Source: an uncultured Acidimicrobiales bacterium (GTDB taxonomy: Bacteria > Actinomycetota > Acidimicrobiia > Acidimicrobiales > UBA10347). Taken from it: 48,643 nt of DNA. A program made the translations under genes and the position numbers. Within the stretch, counting starts at the first letter, position 1, and every line of letters starts with the position of its first letter. The notes under the pieces are model-generated. The model did no database searches. It saw nothing but the letters and a program-made list of their open reading frames with translations, and was not told the DNA's origin. Positions 1 to 11,228 of this stretch are shown in pieces. The stretch is taken from positions 124,001-172,643 of the forward strand of contig CALSSD010000012.1 of assembly GCA_943788915.1 (NCBI GenBank), read 5' to 3'.

Positions 1-1404
1 TGGACTTGGTCAGAGCGCTACGCCAGCCAGCCTGAACTGCTGGCGTATATCAAACATGTTGCGGAGCGCTTCGATCTACGCCGAGACATCAGTCTGGAAA
101 CGCGGGTAGCGGCCGCCGAGTTCGATCAGTCGAACGACTACTGGACGGTCGCCACCCAGGGCGCAGGTGCTGCGGCCGATGGGGCGACCACGATGGTGAC
201 CGCGAGGCACCTGATCCTTGGTGTTGGTTGTCTGTCAACCATCGAGATGCCCACGTTCGCAGATAGCCATCTCTTCGAAGGCGAATTGATCCATACCGGC
301 CGATGGCCCCAAGGCGATGTTGACCTTGCTGGCAAACGGGTTGGTGTGATCGGGACCGGGTCATCAGGTATCCAATCGATCCCTTTGATCGCTGAACAGG
401 CTGACCAGTTGTTCGTCTTCCAACGAACGCCAAACTATGTGGTGCCAGCTCAGAACCGACCGCTTGCGTCGCATGAGGTGGCGCAGATTAAGTCGTCGTA
501 CGGCGAGCTACGGGCAACGGCATGGAAGAGCCTCAGCGCTTTCGAGTTCGAGCGGAACACCGGCTCGGTCTTCGATATGGACGATGTCGATCGTGCTGCA
601 CAGTTTGAGAAGTATTGGGATATCGGCGGGTTGCCCTTTCTTGGATCGTTCGGCGACTTGCTCACGAACAAGGCTGCAAACGAGGCAGTGATTGAATGGT
701 GGAAGGGCAAGGTCCGGCAGATTGTTGATGACCCTCGGGTTGCTGAGTTGCTGATTCCGAACGGCGATGTCTTTGGGGGCAAGCGGCTTTGCGCTGGCAC
801 CAACTACTTCGAAACCTACAACCGCAGCAACGTCAGCCTGGTCGATGTGAGTGAGTCCGGTATCGAACGGTTCACTCCCACGGGTTTGGTCGCAGCCGGT
901 ACCGACTACGACCTCGATGTGATCGTGTGTGCCACTGGTTTCGATGCGATGACGGGAAGTGTCGTGCGGATCGACATCACCGGGCTTGGCGGACAGACCA
1001 TCGCTGAGAAGTGGGCGGACGGTCCCCACACCTATCTCGGTCTGGGGATTGCAGGATTCCCCAACCTGTTCAATATGCAGGGTCCGGGTAGCCCGTCGGT
1101 CTTCGCCACGATGGTCACGGGTATCGAACATCAAGGTGATTGGATCACCGACTGCATTCGGTCCATGAACACGAACGGTCACACCCGAATCGAGGCCACG
1201 GCCGACTCCGAAGCTGCCTGGGTTGAACGAGTGGCACAGGTCGCCGAGCCGTCGCTTCGATCGAACTGCGATAGCTGGTACATCGGCAGCAACATCGCAG
1301 GTAAACCCCGGGTGTTCATGCCGTGGATTGGCGGCTTCCCCGCCTATGTCGAGGCATGCAGCCGGGTCGCAGAGAACGAGTACGAAGGTTTCGTCCTGTC
1401 CTAG
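1..1404 (+). CDS. Baeyer-Villiger flavin monooxygenase (cyclohexanone monooxygenase-like), 5'-partial
   Basis: Frame open from base 1 (WTWSERYASQPE...). BVMO fingerprint FxGxxxHxxxW (FEGELIHTGRW), Rossmann GTGSSG, ATGFD and SWYIGSNIAGKPR. Confidence 0.93.
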   Translation, partial: WTWSERYASQPELLAYIKHVAERFDLRRDISLETRVAAAEFDQSNDYWTVATQGAGAAADGATTMVTARHLILGVGCLSTIEMPTFADSHLFEGELIHTGRWPQGDVDLAGKRVGVIGTGSSGIQSIPLIAEQADQLFVFQRTPNYVVPAQNRPLASHEVAQIKSSYGELRATAWKSLSAFEFERNTGSVFDMDDVDRAAQFEKYWDIGGLPFLGSFGDLLTNKAANEAVIEWWKGKVRQIVDDPRVAELLIPNGDVFGGKRLCAGTNYFETYNRSNVSLVDVSESGIERFTPTGLVAAGTDYDLDVIVCATGFDAMTGSVVRIDITGLGGQTIAEKWADGPHTYLGLGIAGFPNLFNMQGPGSPSVFATMVTGIEHQGDWITDCIRSMNTNGHTRIEATADSEAAWVERVAQVAEPSLRSNCDSWYIGSNIAGKPRVFMPWIGGFPAYVEACSRVAENEYEGFVLS

Positions 1405-1466
1405 CTGAGCTGCCGGTCCGGCGGGCGACACCACAAGAGATCTGAAGCAAAAAACAGAGGGATGAG

Positions 1467-1868
1467 ATGGATCAGGAACGATTTGACTTGGGCAAGTCGG
1501 CGCGAGGTCGAGTGCTGGGCGAAGAGTATGTGACCGGTGCGTTAACCGGCGCAGACGCCTTCAACCGTGACTTCCAGGAGATGGTCACCGAGTATTGCTG
1601 GGGCGAAATTTGGGGCCGCACCGTGCTCAGCGACAAACAGCGAAGCCTGAACAACCTGTGCATCTTGGCTGCGCTGAACCGGCCCAAAGAGTTCAAGCTG
1701 CACTTCAAAGGCGCCCTTGGGAATGGCGCAACCCTTGATGAGTTGCGCGACACATTGCTGCAGATCGCTGTCTACGCCGGCATCCCGGCTGGCGTCGAAG
1801 CATTTCGGCTGGGACGCGAGGTACTCGAAGCCGAGGGGATCGTGCCGGATCCAGCGCCGCCGTCGTAA
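1467..1868 (+). CDS. Carboxymuconolactone decarboxylase family protein
   Basis: 133 aa with EYCWGEIWGR, ALGNGAT and AVYAGIPAG motifs; GAGG RBS upstream. Confidence 0.88.
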   Translation: MDQERFDLGKSARGRVLGEEYVTGALTGADAFNRDFQEMVTEYCWGEIWGRTVLSDKQRSLNNLCILAALNRPKEFKLHFKGALGNGATLDELRDTLLQIAVYAGIPAGVEAFRLGREVLEAEGIVPDPAPPS

Positions 1869-1919
1869 CAGCCGCTAACAGGGATCGTGGTAGCCGCCGC
1901 GCTCACGAGAAGCCGCTGG

Positions 1920-3104
1920 TCAGGCGACGGTGTCTGCTGTTTCGGTCGCCTCAGTTGCGGTTTCAACGTGACCACGGTGGATCATTCCTGCCAGCGGGAT
2001 CGCGATCAATGGGACAACAACCGTCCAACTGAGCGCGAGTCGGATGTCGCCAAGATTCTCACCGAGGGCGCCGACGACTGGTTGCGCTGCTGCCGACATC
2101 AGGCCGGATACCCCGAAGATGATGCCAACGGCTGCGCCGGTCTGTCCGTCTGAGGCGAGTTGGCTTGCGAGAGCTAGTCCGACCGGGAAGAGAGCGAAGC
2201 CAAAGAACGCTATGAGGCCGATCGCAAACAGGGCCCATATTCCGTCGGTGATGCTGAAGAGGGCGATGGACACGCTCGACCCGATGCAGGCTCCGATCAA
2301 GACGACTCGGGCCCCGACTTGGTCGAAGATGCGACCACCAACCGGCTGCGCCAGGGCGCCAACCAACAGGATCACGGTCAATGCCGTTCCCGCACTCGTG
2401 TCGGCCCACCCCTCGTCGACGAGCATCTTTACGGTGAACGTTAAAAAGCTGCGCAGCACCATGCTGAGGAGACCGAACACAATTGCTACCAACATCAGTT
2501 GTTGGCTGAGAGCACCTCGAAGCCGTGCTTCGGGGTTGGGTTCGGTCTCGTCGAGTTGGGACCTCAAGATCACTGCGGTGGCAAGAAGCGGTAAGGCGAT
2601 TACGGCCATGGCCGCCCGCCAGTCGATCGCAGCAACCGCGAGCGTGGCTGCCGCCGGGGCAGCGAAGTGTCCGATGGAGCCGCCCCAACCATGGATGCCG
2701 AGGGTTCGGCCTCGTTCGGTCGGGTACGAACGCACCAGGAAGGCGGTTGCCTGCGGGTGATAGGTGGCCGCTCCGAGTCCCACAAGCAGGCTGACGATCA
2801 CGATGATGTAGAACGAGGGGGCCAGCGCCATGGCTACGAAGCCCAGACCTGCGGTGAAGAAGCCGAGCGACACGACAAATCTTCGTCGGCCGTATCGATC
2901 TGCGTAGTGACCAAGCGAGGGTTGCAGCACTCCTGTTAGGAGCGTGGCGGCCAGGGACAGTACACCAAGTTCGGTGTAGTCCAGGTCAAATTCGTCGGAG
3001 AGAGCGGGCAGGAACGCGGGCATGATGGTGGCGTAGAAGTCGTTTACGACATGAGCGGCGACGAAAGTTACTAGTACGCTTTCGCACCGTTTAGAGAGAC
3101 CCAT
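1920..3104 (-). CDS. MFS transporter (Fsr-like)
   Basis: About 12 hydrophobic helices; HVVNDFY, QPSLGHYADRYGRR (motif A) and GAATYHP. Confidence 0.88.
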   Translation of the reverse strand: MGLSKRCESVLVTFVAAHVVNDFYATIMPAFLPALSDEFDLDYTELGVLSLAATLLTGVLQPSLGHYADRYGRRRFVVSLGFFTAGLGFVAMALAPSFYIIVIVSLLVGLGAATYHPQATAFLVRSYPTERGRTLGIHGWGGSIGHFAAPAAATLAVAAIDWRAAMAVIALPLLATAVILRSQLDETEPNPEARLRGALSQQLMLVAIVFGLLSMVLRSFLTFTVKMLVDEGWADTSAGTALTVILLVGALAQPVGGRIFDQVGARVVLIGACIGSSVSIALFSITDGIWALFAIGLIAFFGFALFPVGLALASQLASDGQTGAAVGIIFGVSGLMSAAAQPVVGALGENLGDIRLALSWTVVVPLIAIPLAGMIHRGHVETATEATETADTVA

Positions 3105-3900
3105 ACGCTTAAGAGTCTCACGTAGGGACGGAACTCGTTAACGCTTGACCACTACGGGCTGATCGTGTCGACGGGTAGTCAGCGCCTTTGTGATCTCTTT
3201 CGCTGTGAGATCAAGTACGTGATACAAGTACGTGATCGTTGCCACCGTCACCCTTCCAGCAGTGCCCTTTGCGGTGCCTAGGAGCAGCGCCATGCTTGTG
3301 GCAGTAGCCGCAATGAGGGCACCGCGGTCGAGCTCCGCCACGTAGGGGAGGCGGTGTGAGATGGAGGGCTAGTTGGGGTTGCGTCTGACTTGGAGGAGTG
3401 GTAAGACGCCGATTCTTGTCGGCGGCGCCAGGCCGTTTGAGCGACGTAAAGGACCGTCTACTGTGAAGCCCTTTGTTGTCTTGGCCGTCGCAACAGCGAC
3501 TTCGTGAATGCGGCCATCTCGTACTTGAATCTGATGGAAGAGAAGCTGACGCCGCTTGTGGAAGACGACCTGAACAGCAAGATCGGCGACGCCGAGGCGC
3601 ATTTCAGCGCGCTGCGGACTTGGCTAACGGGCCGAGCTGACAACGTACAGTCCCAAATCAGCGCAAATTGCCGTTGAGTCGACGGGCTCGTTCTCGAGGG
3701 TGAACGCCAGCCCATATCGATCTAGCTGATCGGTGGGGCGAACGTCACCGCCACAGGCTGATCTTTGATCCCTTGATCTTGTCGCCATCCGCAGCAGATA
3801 GTTGCTTTGTCGCAGCGAGGCACGCGTGTCTCGCCCTTTGGGTGCCGAACGCTCGCGCCATGATTGTGGTTGACGGGCCCCGGTCGACAACACTTCGCCC

Positions 3901-4377
3901 ATGACCGAAAACTCCGCTACCGACCTGCCAACCACAGGATCGGCTACCGTCGATGTCAACGCGTCGGCGCAAGACGTTTATGCCTTGCTGACTGACCTCG
4001 AGCGTTTGCCGGCACTGAGTCCGGAGAACCAGCGGTGTGAGTTTCTCGCCGACGCCACAGCTATCGACGTTGGTGTGCGGTTCCGGGGCCATAACAAGTC
4101 GGGCGACTACGAGTGGCACGCCGATTGTGAAGTCACCGTCGCCGATGTAGGCAAAACGTTTGCCTACATCGTGCCGCCTGACTTCGAGCACACCACGACG
4201 TGGGGATACGACATTGAATCGACCGGCCCTGACACCTGCAAGGTCACCGAGTGGTTCAACGCCCCGATGCTCGCGCTGCCCGATGTGTACCCAGGCAAAA
4301 TCGATGGTCGGTGCGAAAACCTCGAGAAGGCGTGCCGGACCACGATGGAAAACCTACGGGCAACGTTCGCTGGCTAA
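3901..4377 (+). CDS. SRPBCC / polyketide cyclase-dehydrase family protein
   Basis: 158 aa; ASAQDVYALLTD..LSPE, VGVRFRGHN and a C-terminal helix typical of the START fold. Confidence 0.85.
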   Translation: MTENSATDLPTTGSATVDVNASAQDVYALLTDLERLPALSPENQRCEFLADATAIDVGVRFRGHNKSGDYEWHADCEVTVADVGKTFAYIVPPDFEHTTTWGYDIESTGPDTCKVTEWFNAPMLALPDVYPGKIDGRCENLEKACRTTMENLRATFAG

Positions 4378-4393
4378 CGCTGCCAGCGAAGGC

Positions 4394-5398
4394 TCACGAG
4401 AGCCGGGATCGCCACGGGCTGCCCTCTTTCGGATAGGGGTATTGCAGGTAATACTCCGAACGCATCTTGACAAACCCGTTCGCCTGCTCAAAAGCCTCGA
4501 CCACAGTCACGGGCAACGGACCTTTGGTCGACGCAGCCATGACCGGTTCTAGTTGTTCGAGCCGGGACACTCCGATCAGCACCGCGTCGCCACGCGTGCC
4601 GTCGACAGCTGAATGGTGCTGGGTCCATCGAATTGCGGCTTCCAGCGTTGTCAACCCAGCCGCCTCGGCTGCTGTGGTGATGGCGTCGAGGGCATCAAAC
4701 ATCTCGTCGCGGTGTAGGTAACGCTCCCGGTATTGCTCGATTCGTCGCGACTGTGCGAAGCGGTCAACCCCCTTGACTGGATCGATACCCCGTTGGTACT
4801 TGCCGGTGAGGAAGCCGCTGGCCAACGATCCATGTGTGTAGTACTTAATCCCATAGTTGCGTAGCACCGGGACCAGCTCGTACTCGGCAGTCCGGTTCAG
4901 GGCGTTGTAGACGCCCTGATAAACGCTTGGCAGAACATACCCCTGGGCTTGGCAGTACTGGGCGATCTCCACCACCTGCCAGGCGGGGAAGTTGGAGAGG
5001 CCGAACTCTTCGAACTGCCCGGCTGTGTGGCACTGATCGATTTCGGCCAGTGTGTCTTCGAGCGGGATCTCGGTCGACGGCATATGGATGTAGTAGATCG
5101 ACACCGAGTCTCGTTGCAGGGCGCGCAACGACTGCTCAAGTTGCTGGATCGGGCCGCCCTCTAATGCAGGATGGTATTTTGTGCCGACCCGGATTGCGGC
5201 GCCGGCGGGGACCCGTCCAATAACTTCCTCGCAGTTGCCGTTCTGGTAGACCCGCGACGTGTCGAGCTCGCGCCCGCCGGCTGTATGGAAGGCCGTAAGC
5301 AGCTCGTTGCACGACTCGTCGCCAGAGAGGGGATGATCCCGGGTGGTGGGTTTCGGTTTACCGAAAGCGACCGCCCCGAGGACGACCGGCGCTGCCAT
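4394..5398 (-). CDS. Aldo/keto reductase (AKR7 aflatoxin aldehyde reductase-like)
   Basis: DTSRVY, TK, YYIH, FGLSNF, PSVYQGVYNALNR, GSLASGFLTGKY. Start could be GTG 5410. Confidence 0.9.
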   Translation of the reverse strand: MAAPVVLGAVAFGKPKPTTRDHPLSGDESCNELLTAFHTAGGRELDTSRVYQNGNCEEVIGRVPAGAAIRVGTKYHPALEGGPIQQLEQSLRALQRDSVSIYYIHMPSTEIPLEDTLAEIDQCHTAGQFEEFGLSNFPAWQVVEIAQYCQAQGYVLPSVYQGVYNALNRTAEYELVPVLRNYGIKYYTHGSLASGFLTGKYQRGIDPVKGVDRFAQSRRIEQYRERYLHRDEMFDALDAITTAAEAAGLTTLEAAIRWTQHHSAVDGTRGDAVLIGVSRLEQLEPVMAASTKGPLPVTVVEAFEQANGFVKMRSEYYLQYPYPKEGSPWRSRLS

Positions 5399-5963
5399 GG
5401 GTCTTGTCACAACCGTGATCATAGGGCCGGTTGTTACATCAGTTATGCGTCAACCTCTGGCTCCAAAGGCAGTTCCCAATCCGGACTCGGACTGTGTGGG
5501 CAGGCACTGAGCGCAATGGGCCGACTGTTCCCGCTGTCGATGCGAATCGACGGATGGGATCGGTGACGCCGTGCAGTTGTGTCCACGATTTCTCTGCAGC
5601 CGTCCTTGGCCCGTACACAAATGCTGGCGCACCGTCGCAACAATTTCACCGAGAGTCGTGATTTTGGCGATGGTTAGTTGCGGCTCTCTAGATAGGGAGC
5701 ACGGACTTGTTCCTGTTTGTCTCGTGCGCCACGAACTAGCCCAGATCGGCTAGACGGGCCATATGGCCACGATGTGGTGCACGCTCATGTGAAGGCCCAG
5801 TAGTGGCCGATCGTTCTTGAGGCGCGACCAACGCTGTCTGAGATGAGAGCGAAGCACGAGGGTGACGACAGAGCCAGAGCACGATTATCAATCGACGCCC
5901 TTACCGCGCAGAAGGCGGGCCTGGTCGATTCGGGTGCGTGGTTGACTGGTCGCTCTTACCGCA

Positions 5964-8558
5964 GTGCCTCTGATCGCCGCGACCTCACTGGCGGCTTCGG
6001 AGATCGACAGCGTCTTCGAATCACGTCGCGATGCCGCCTCATTCAGTGAAGGGCTCGACGACTTGGTCCAGCTCAGCGAACTCCAATCTCGGCTTCTCGA
6101 CGAGCGGAATTGGACCATTGCCCGATTAGGCGTTGAGGAGATCGGGCTTAACGCTCCAATGGTTGCTGCTATGACGGGCGTGGATCTAGCTGCGTCGGAG
6201 GAGGCCGCCGAGGTCTGGGTCGACGCACATCTCAGCGATCTCGGTTGGTCGGAGATTGAAACCGAGCTTCTTGCCCTGAGACAGAATCCACCGGCGAGTA
6301 TGGACGTGGTCAATATGGGCTACGAGGAACTCGCTGGTTTGGCCGAGAAACGATTCGACAATGCACTCGAGGAAATGTTGGTCCCGGGCGGTCAGGGGAG
6401 AGACGGCGAGTACCTCATGGCTTCATTTCGCGTGCTGGAAGCCTCATCTGACGCGCGCCAATCCTTGACACGACAACTCGTAGCTTTCTTTGGCGCTCAA
6501 TTTGACGGCTATCCGGAATCGTTTAGCTCGTTGGTGTCCCTCGCTGAACAAGAGTCGAACTATCTCGACGCAATGGATCGCGTCGAGCAGATTGCGATTT
6601 CCGATGGTGAGGTGCACGATGCCCTGTCAGTTGTCCAGGAGTCACCCGAGCTTGTAACTTTTCGCGCTGCCGTCAGCGAGGTCATAGATAACCCTCAGAT
6701 CGTGGCGGAGTCCGATGGGCTTGATGTCTCAAGGATCATGCAACAGCTTGACGGGATATCAGCGGCGTTTCAGTCATGGAATGGAGCGGTAGACGTGCAT
6801 GTGGCGCTTGTGGAGGCCGCTGCAATTGATGCCGCTACGAAAGCACACGCACTCGAGGACTCCGTCGCCAAGTCTGGGATGGTTGCGGTAGGCCGCATTG
6901 GCGTGCTTGTGGGCGCCTTTCTCCTGTTTGTGGTGGGTCTTGCCCGCGCTCTCGGCCGGCCGTTGCAACGATTGGCCGAAGGGGCGCGCAACCTGCGCGA
7001 TGGGGCTGATGTCACTGTCCTCAAACCCTCGGGGCCGACCGAGGTACGTGAGGCAATGCACGCCCTGAATGAAGCTGCGGCCCATATTCATTTGGCGGAG
7101 AGACAGGCGCATGTCTTGGCGCAGGGTGACCTTCACGACAAAGTTCTGAGCGAAGGAGCGCCTGGAGCTCTTGGGAAGTCCCTCCAGGAAGCCGTGCGCA
7201 CGCTCGCTGGCTCGTTGAATGAGCGTGAAGAATTTCGCCGCCGACTTTCGCACGAGGCGACGCATGACGGTCTGACGCAACTTGCTAACCGAAAGGCCAC
7301 ACTCGCTCAGCTGAAACAGAGCCTCATGACTGCATCTCGTTGCGGGTCGACCGTCGCTGTGCTGTTCGTCGACCTCGATAACTTCAAAGAGGTCAACGAC
7401 GAACATGGACATCAGGTAGGCGATGCGGTGCTGTGGGCATTCAGCAAGCGTCTTCAGGGTGCCATTCGCGGCAATGATCACGTGGGACGGCTTGGGGGCG
7501 ATGAATTCCTTGTCATTGCGGAACCGATTGATGGAGCAGCGGAGGCACATTCAGTAGCCCGACGAATCGCCAACGCAGTCAGCGATCCGATCGAGATTGG
7601 TGACAGGATGATTACCCTCAGCTTGAGTATCGGAATTGCCGTAGCGGACGCAGCATCTGACCTAACCGCGAGCGAATTACTTCACGACGCTGATCTCGCC
7701 GTGTATCGCGCAAAGGAGCTTGGCCGGTCACGAATTGAGCTTTGTGACGAGGCTCTTCTCTTTGAGGTGCAGCAACGCACGATCATCGAGGGATCGCTCC
7801 GAACAGCGATCGCCGAAGATGAACTCACGATGCACTACCAACCGATCATCGACGCCAAAACTGCAAAACTGTTATCGCTTGAAGCGCTCATTAGATGGAA
7901 AGCTCCCTATGGAGCCTGGATCCCACCTGACTTGTTCATTCCGATCGCCGAACGGAGCGACCTGATTCTTGAACTCGATAACTGGGTCGTGAAGCATGTA
8001 GTCGACCAACTTGTGAAGTGGACGAACCATCCCGAGCTTGGAGACGTCGCAGTCGCTGTCAATATTTCGGGACGGCACCTCGCTTCGGAAAGTTTCGTCG
8101 GCGACATACTCGGTCCCCTCCGCGATGCCAAGATCAGCCCGACCCGACTTGTCATTGAGGTCACTGAGGGCGAGTTGCTCGATGACCTTGATTCTGCGGC
8201 TCATAAGTTGGAGTTGCTCCGGAACCAATCGATCCGGATCGCTATTGACGATTTCGGCACCGGATACACGTCGCTCGGGCACCTACGGAGCTTGCCACTG
8301 GACATCCTTAAGATCGATAGAACCTTCATTCAAGACAAGTCCGCTGAGTCCCTCGTCAAGCTGATCATCGACATCGGCCGCCTTCTCGGTGCCAAGGTGA
8401 CATCGGAAGGTATCGAGACTGTGGATCAGGCTGCCCACGTGACCGAACTCGGTAGCGACGCGTTGCAGGGTTATCTCTTCTCGAAACCGATGCCTGCCGA
8501 GGTTGTCGAGCAGATGAGCGTGGTTGCGGAGCCCGAGCACGCCCGTTTTGTGAGCTGA
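5964..8558 (+). CDS. Membrane-anchored HAMP-GGDEF-EAL diguanylate cyclase/phosphodiesterase
   Basis: TM helix then HAMP (RPLQRLAEGA..GPTEV); HDGLTQLANR, RLGGDEF, EALIRW, DDFGTGY, QGYLFSKP. True start probably near 5844, with a frameshift in the first TM. Confidence 0.92.
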   Translation: MPLIAATSLAASEIDSVFESRRDAASFSEGLDDLVQLSELQSRLLDERNWTIARLGVEEIGLNAPMVAAMTGVDLAASEEAAEVWVDAHLSDLGWSEIETELLALRQNPPASMDVVNMGYEELAGLAEKRFDNALEEMLVPGGQGRDGEYLMASFRVLEASSDARQSLTRQLVAFFGAQFDGYPESFSSLVSLAEQESNYLDAMDRVEQIAISDGEVHDALSVVQESPELVTFRAAVSEVIDNPQIVAESDGLDVSRIMQQLDGISAAFQSWNGAVDVHVALVEAAAIDAATKAHALEDSVAKSGMVAVGRIGVLVGAFLLFVVGLARALGRPLQRLAEGARNLRDGADVTVLKPSGPTEVREAMHALNEAAAHIHLAERQAHVLAQGDLHDKVLSEGAPGALGKSLQEAVRTLAGSLNEREEFRRRLSHEATHDGLTQLANRKATLAQLKQSLMTASRCGSTVAVLFVDLDNFKEVNDEHGHQVGDAVLWAFSKRLQGAIRGNDHVGRLGGDEFLVIAEPIDGAAEAHSVARRIANAVSDPIEIGDRMITLSLSIGIAVADAASDLTASELLHDADLAVYRAKELGRSRIELCDEALLFEVQQRTIIEGSLRTAIAEDELTMHYQPIIDAKTAKLLSLEALIRWKAPYGAWIPPDLFIPIAERSDLILELDNWVVKHVVDQLVKWTNHPELGDVAVAVNISGRHLASESFVGDILGPLRDAKISPTRLVIEVTEGELLDDLDSAAHKLELLRNQSIRIAIDDFGTGYTSLGHLRSLPLDILKIDRTFIQDKSAESLVKLIIDIGRLLGAKVTSEGIETVDQAAHVTELGSDALQGYLFSKPMPAEVVEQMSVVAEPEHARFVS

Positions 8559-8645
8559 CGATGCATGCACAGAGCGATCAGAGTGCCACAGCAAAACGCC
8601 GCACAGGCTGCGATTCGTCGGCCGGCTAGCCAACTGCGGCAGTAG

Positions 8646-9872
8646 TCAGCCGATCCGAAGGAGGCGGAAGCGCATGAGTGCGGTGGTGCCGCTTACTGCC
8701 GCGAGAACACCGAGCAAGACATAGACGAGGTCAAAGCTGCCTCGCCAGTCGGCGATTACTCCGGCCAGCAGCGCGGCGCTGAACGAGCCGATGCCGTAGA
8801 TAATGGTGATCGTTCCGTACGCCGTGCTGAACGACCGGTCATCGAGGTGGTCGCGCACCGCAGCCGCGGTCAGGATCGGCACCGAGAACGACCCGGCGCC
8901 GTACAGCCCAACGGCGATCGAACTCCACGGTTCGGCATTGATCGTCAACAGCAGCGACGCAGTCACAGAGATCGCTGCCGCGATCGCCAACGCCCGATCA
9001 CGACCGATTCGATCTGACAGCCGGCCCATCAACAGTGGCCCAAAGATCCCGCATACCGCGAACACTGAGAACAAGTTGTTCACGTGTGCCGAGCTAAAGC
9101 CGGCGTCCTCCTTGAGAGCCAAGCCAAGGAACTGTGTCCAGGCGCCAGCGAGCGCAGAGAACGATGTGTAACAAACGACGAGAAGCAGCCATCCAGGAAT
9201 TGACCGCAGGGCCCTCGCTGAAAAGAGCGTGCCTCGTTGGCTCTGTTGAGCTGTTGCAGTGGGGCGAACCAGCACGAACACGGCGACCAAGATCGCAACG
9301 GTCACCGCAGCCTCGATCCCAAATATTGGGCGCCATGCATCGTCATTGTCAACGATCTTGCGGAACAGCGTGGTGCCCTGACTTAGCAGGAGTAATGCAA
9401 TACCCATCGTCGCGGTGAGCGCCCCGAGCACCGCGCCCCGCCGCGATGCGGGCACGTTCGCTGTGGCTAGGGCGGGCGCCGTAACCCAGATTCCAGCGCC
9501 GCCAAACCCAGCGAGCCAAACCCCGATACCCAAGACCAAGAACGATGGTGCAATGGCGAGCAGAAAAAGTGCTGCCGCCGAAATAACCAAGCCAGCGCGC
9601 ATGAGCTGTATCGGTTCTGCTCGACCCGCGAGCACCGTTACGAATACGACGCCAATGATGTAGCCAGCGAAGTTCGAGCCACCAAGAACGCCTGCTGCGG
9701 TATTGGAATCGACCAGATCCTGTCGAATCGCTGGCAGTAGAATCGAGATGGTTGATCGGCCGAACATGTGCGATACGACGACACACGTGCAGATAACCGC
9801 TGCGACGACGAGTACCGGCCTCGTCAGCTTCTCCGGTGCGGCGGATTCACCAACGTGGGTACGGCTAGCCAT
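8646..9872 (-). CDS. MFS transporter (YbfB/YjiJ-like)
   Basis: About 12 TM segments; FGRSTISILLP, NFAGYIIG, GRLSDRIGR. Confidence 0.85.
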   Translation of the reverse strand: MASRTHVGESAAPEKLTRPVLVVAAVICTCVVVSHMFGRSTISILLPAIRQDLVDSNTAAGVLGGSNFAGYIIGVVFVTVLAGRAEPIQLMRAGLVISAAALFLLAIAPSFLVLGIGVWLAGFGGAGIWVTAPALATANVPASRRGAVLGALTATMGIALLLLSQGTTLFRKIVDNDDAWRPIFGIEAAVTVAILVAVFVLVRPTATAQQSQRGTLFSARALRSIPGWLLLVVCYTSFSALAGAWTQFLGLALKEDAGFSSAHVNNLFSVFAVCGIFGPLLMGRLSDRIGRDRALAIAAAISVTASLLLTINAEPWSSIAVGLYGAGSFSVPILTAAAVRDHLDDRSFSTAYGTITIIYGIGSFSAALLAGVIADWRGSFDLVYVLLGVLAAVSGTTALMRFRLLRIG

Positions 9873-9955
9873 CCGCGCAGATCCTGACACACCTGGCTGA
9901 CAGGGAACAAGCACGCGGTCGTTATCGGCATGACTGTTTCGCCCTCAGCCGAGAC

Positions 9956-10498
9956 TCAGAAAGCCGAGGCCGGACCGTCAGCAGCGCCTGAAGGCGTGTA
10001 GGCCTGGGCTGTCACGAGTTCAACCACCGGGATAGTGCGGTCCGTCCGAGACTGATACTTGGCGAAGGTCTTGTTCTGGGCTGCGACCCAGGCGAAGACT
10101 TCGTCGCGTTCTTCGCCTGCGAGCACCACCGCTTTCGACGGCACCGGGTCATCGCCGAACTCTGCAATCACGTCAGGGTTCGCGATGAGATTGTGGAACC
10201 ACGCGGGGTGCGTCAGCGCGCCACCCTTCGATGCGATGATGTAGATCCGACCATCGCGGTCGAAGAACGCCAGGGGAATAGTCCGCTCGCGCCCCGACCG
10301 GGCGCCTGTTGTTGTCAGCAACATCCATGGCACCAGCGCAAGGTCGCCGGGCATGTCGCCGCCGTTCGCTCGAAACGTAGCGATGAACGCCTTGTTGTAC
10401 GCACCGGTGTCCTTACTCGGACCGGCGTCTGAGCGGATGTCTTCGGCCAGAACGAACCGAATGTAATCCAGTGTCAGTTCCGGTGTCTCTTGCTCCAT
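9956..10498 (-). CDS. F420H2-dependent deazaflavin nitroreductase/quinone reductase (Ddn family)
   Basis: LLTTTGARSGRER, ASKGG..HPAWFHNLIANP, YQSRTDRTIPVV; GGAGG RBS. Confidence 0.9.
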   Translation of the reverse strand: MEQETPELTLDYIRFVLAEDIRSDAGPSKDTGAYNKAFIATFRANGGDMPGDLALVPWMLLTTTGARSGRERTIPLAFFDRDGRIYIIASKGGALTHPAWFHNLIANPDVIAEFGDDPVPSKAVVLAGEERDEVFAWVAAQNKTFAKYQSRTDRTIPVVELVTAQAYTPSGAADGPASAF

Positions 10499-11228
10499 GC
10501 CAGGCCTCCCTTGAGTAGTTCTTTTTGACCTTATGTCGACGAGTTGACAGATCTACCATCGTCGCTGCGTGCGAGCTCGCGGGCACAGTAGTGGGGGCGA
10601 AGACAGAGCGTTCTGCATCGTGATCCTTGGGTAGGAGAGGTGATATGTTCGAGAACCTGGAGCGCCCGGCAAACGTGAGACCACGCAGCTGCTGCATAAA
10701 ACCAGGCCACTAATTTGCTTACAGCTCGAGGACCACCGGCCGATCTCGTCGGTCTACCCGCAGCGCCTGCTCCAGCTCCTTAGGCTTTAAGGCAAGGATG
10801 AAGGAGCGGCTACTAGGGTTCACACCTAAAGAAAACGATGCCCTCGCAAAATTGGCGCAGGTCGTGGTCTTGCCCTTCTCTGGCGGCTGGTCTAACGGGG
10901 CGGCGTCCGGGGTGGTGTCGGTGGTTCAGTATTTTTGCTGGGTGTCCGCTCGATGGTGTGGGTGTTGGCTAGTGTTGGAGGTTCGGCCCAGTGTAGAAGC
11001 GGTTCTGGCGGGTGTACTTTTGGAATTGCGGCTCTGACCTAGGTCGAGTGTCCGGATCTGAATAGGGGTCAACGAGTCCACGAAGGTCGGGAATCTTTGA
11101 ATGACCCTCCCCTCGTGCTGGTTCGGAACGTCTAGAAGCTCTGAGAGGCCTCTAAAACGTCATCTAAGCGCACCGAGCTCGTTTGATCGACATCGGTCGC
11201 ACTCGCTCACGTGAGCGCGCTCAAAGCG

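Noticed and set aside
3138..3700. Small genes between the MFS and SRPBCC genes
   Set aside because: A protein-like fragment (~3480-3677, plus strand) has no clear start and no recognisable family; probably a remnant.
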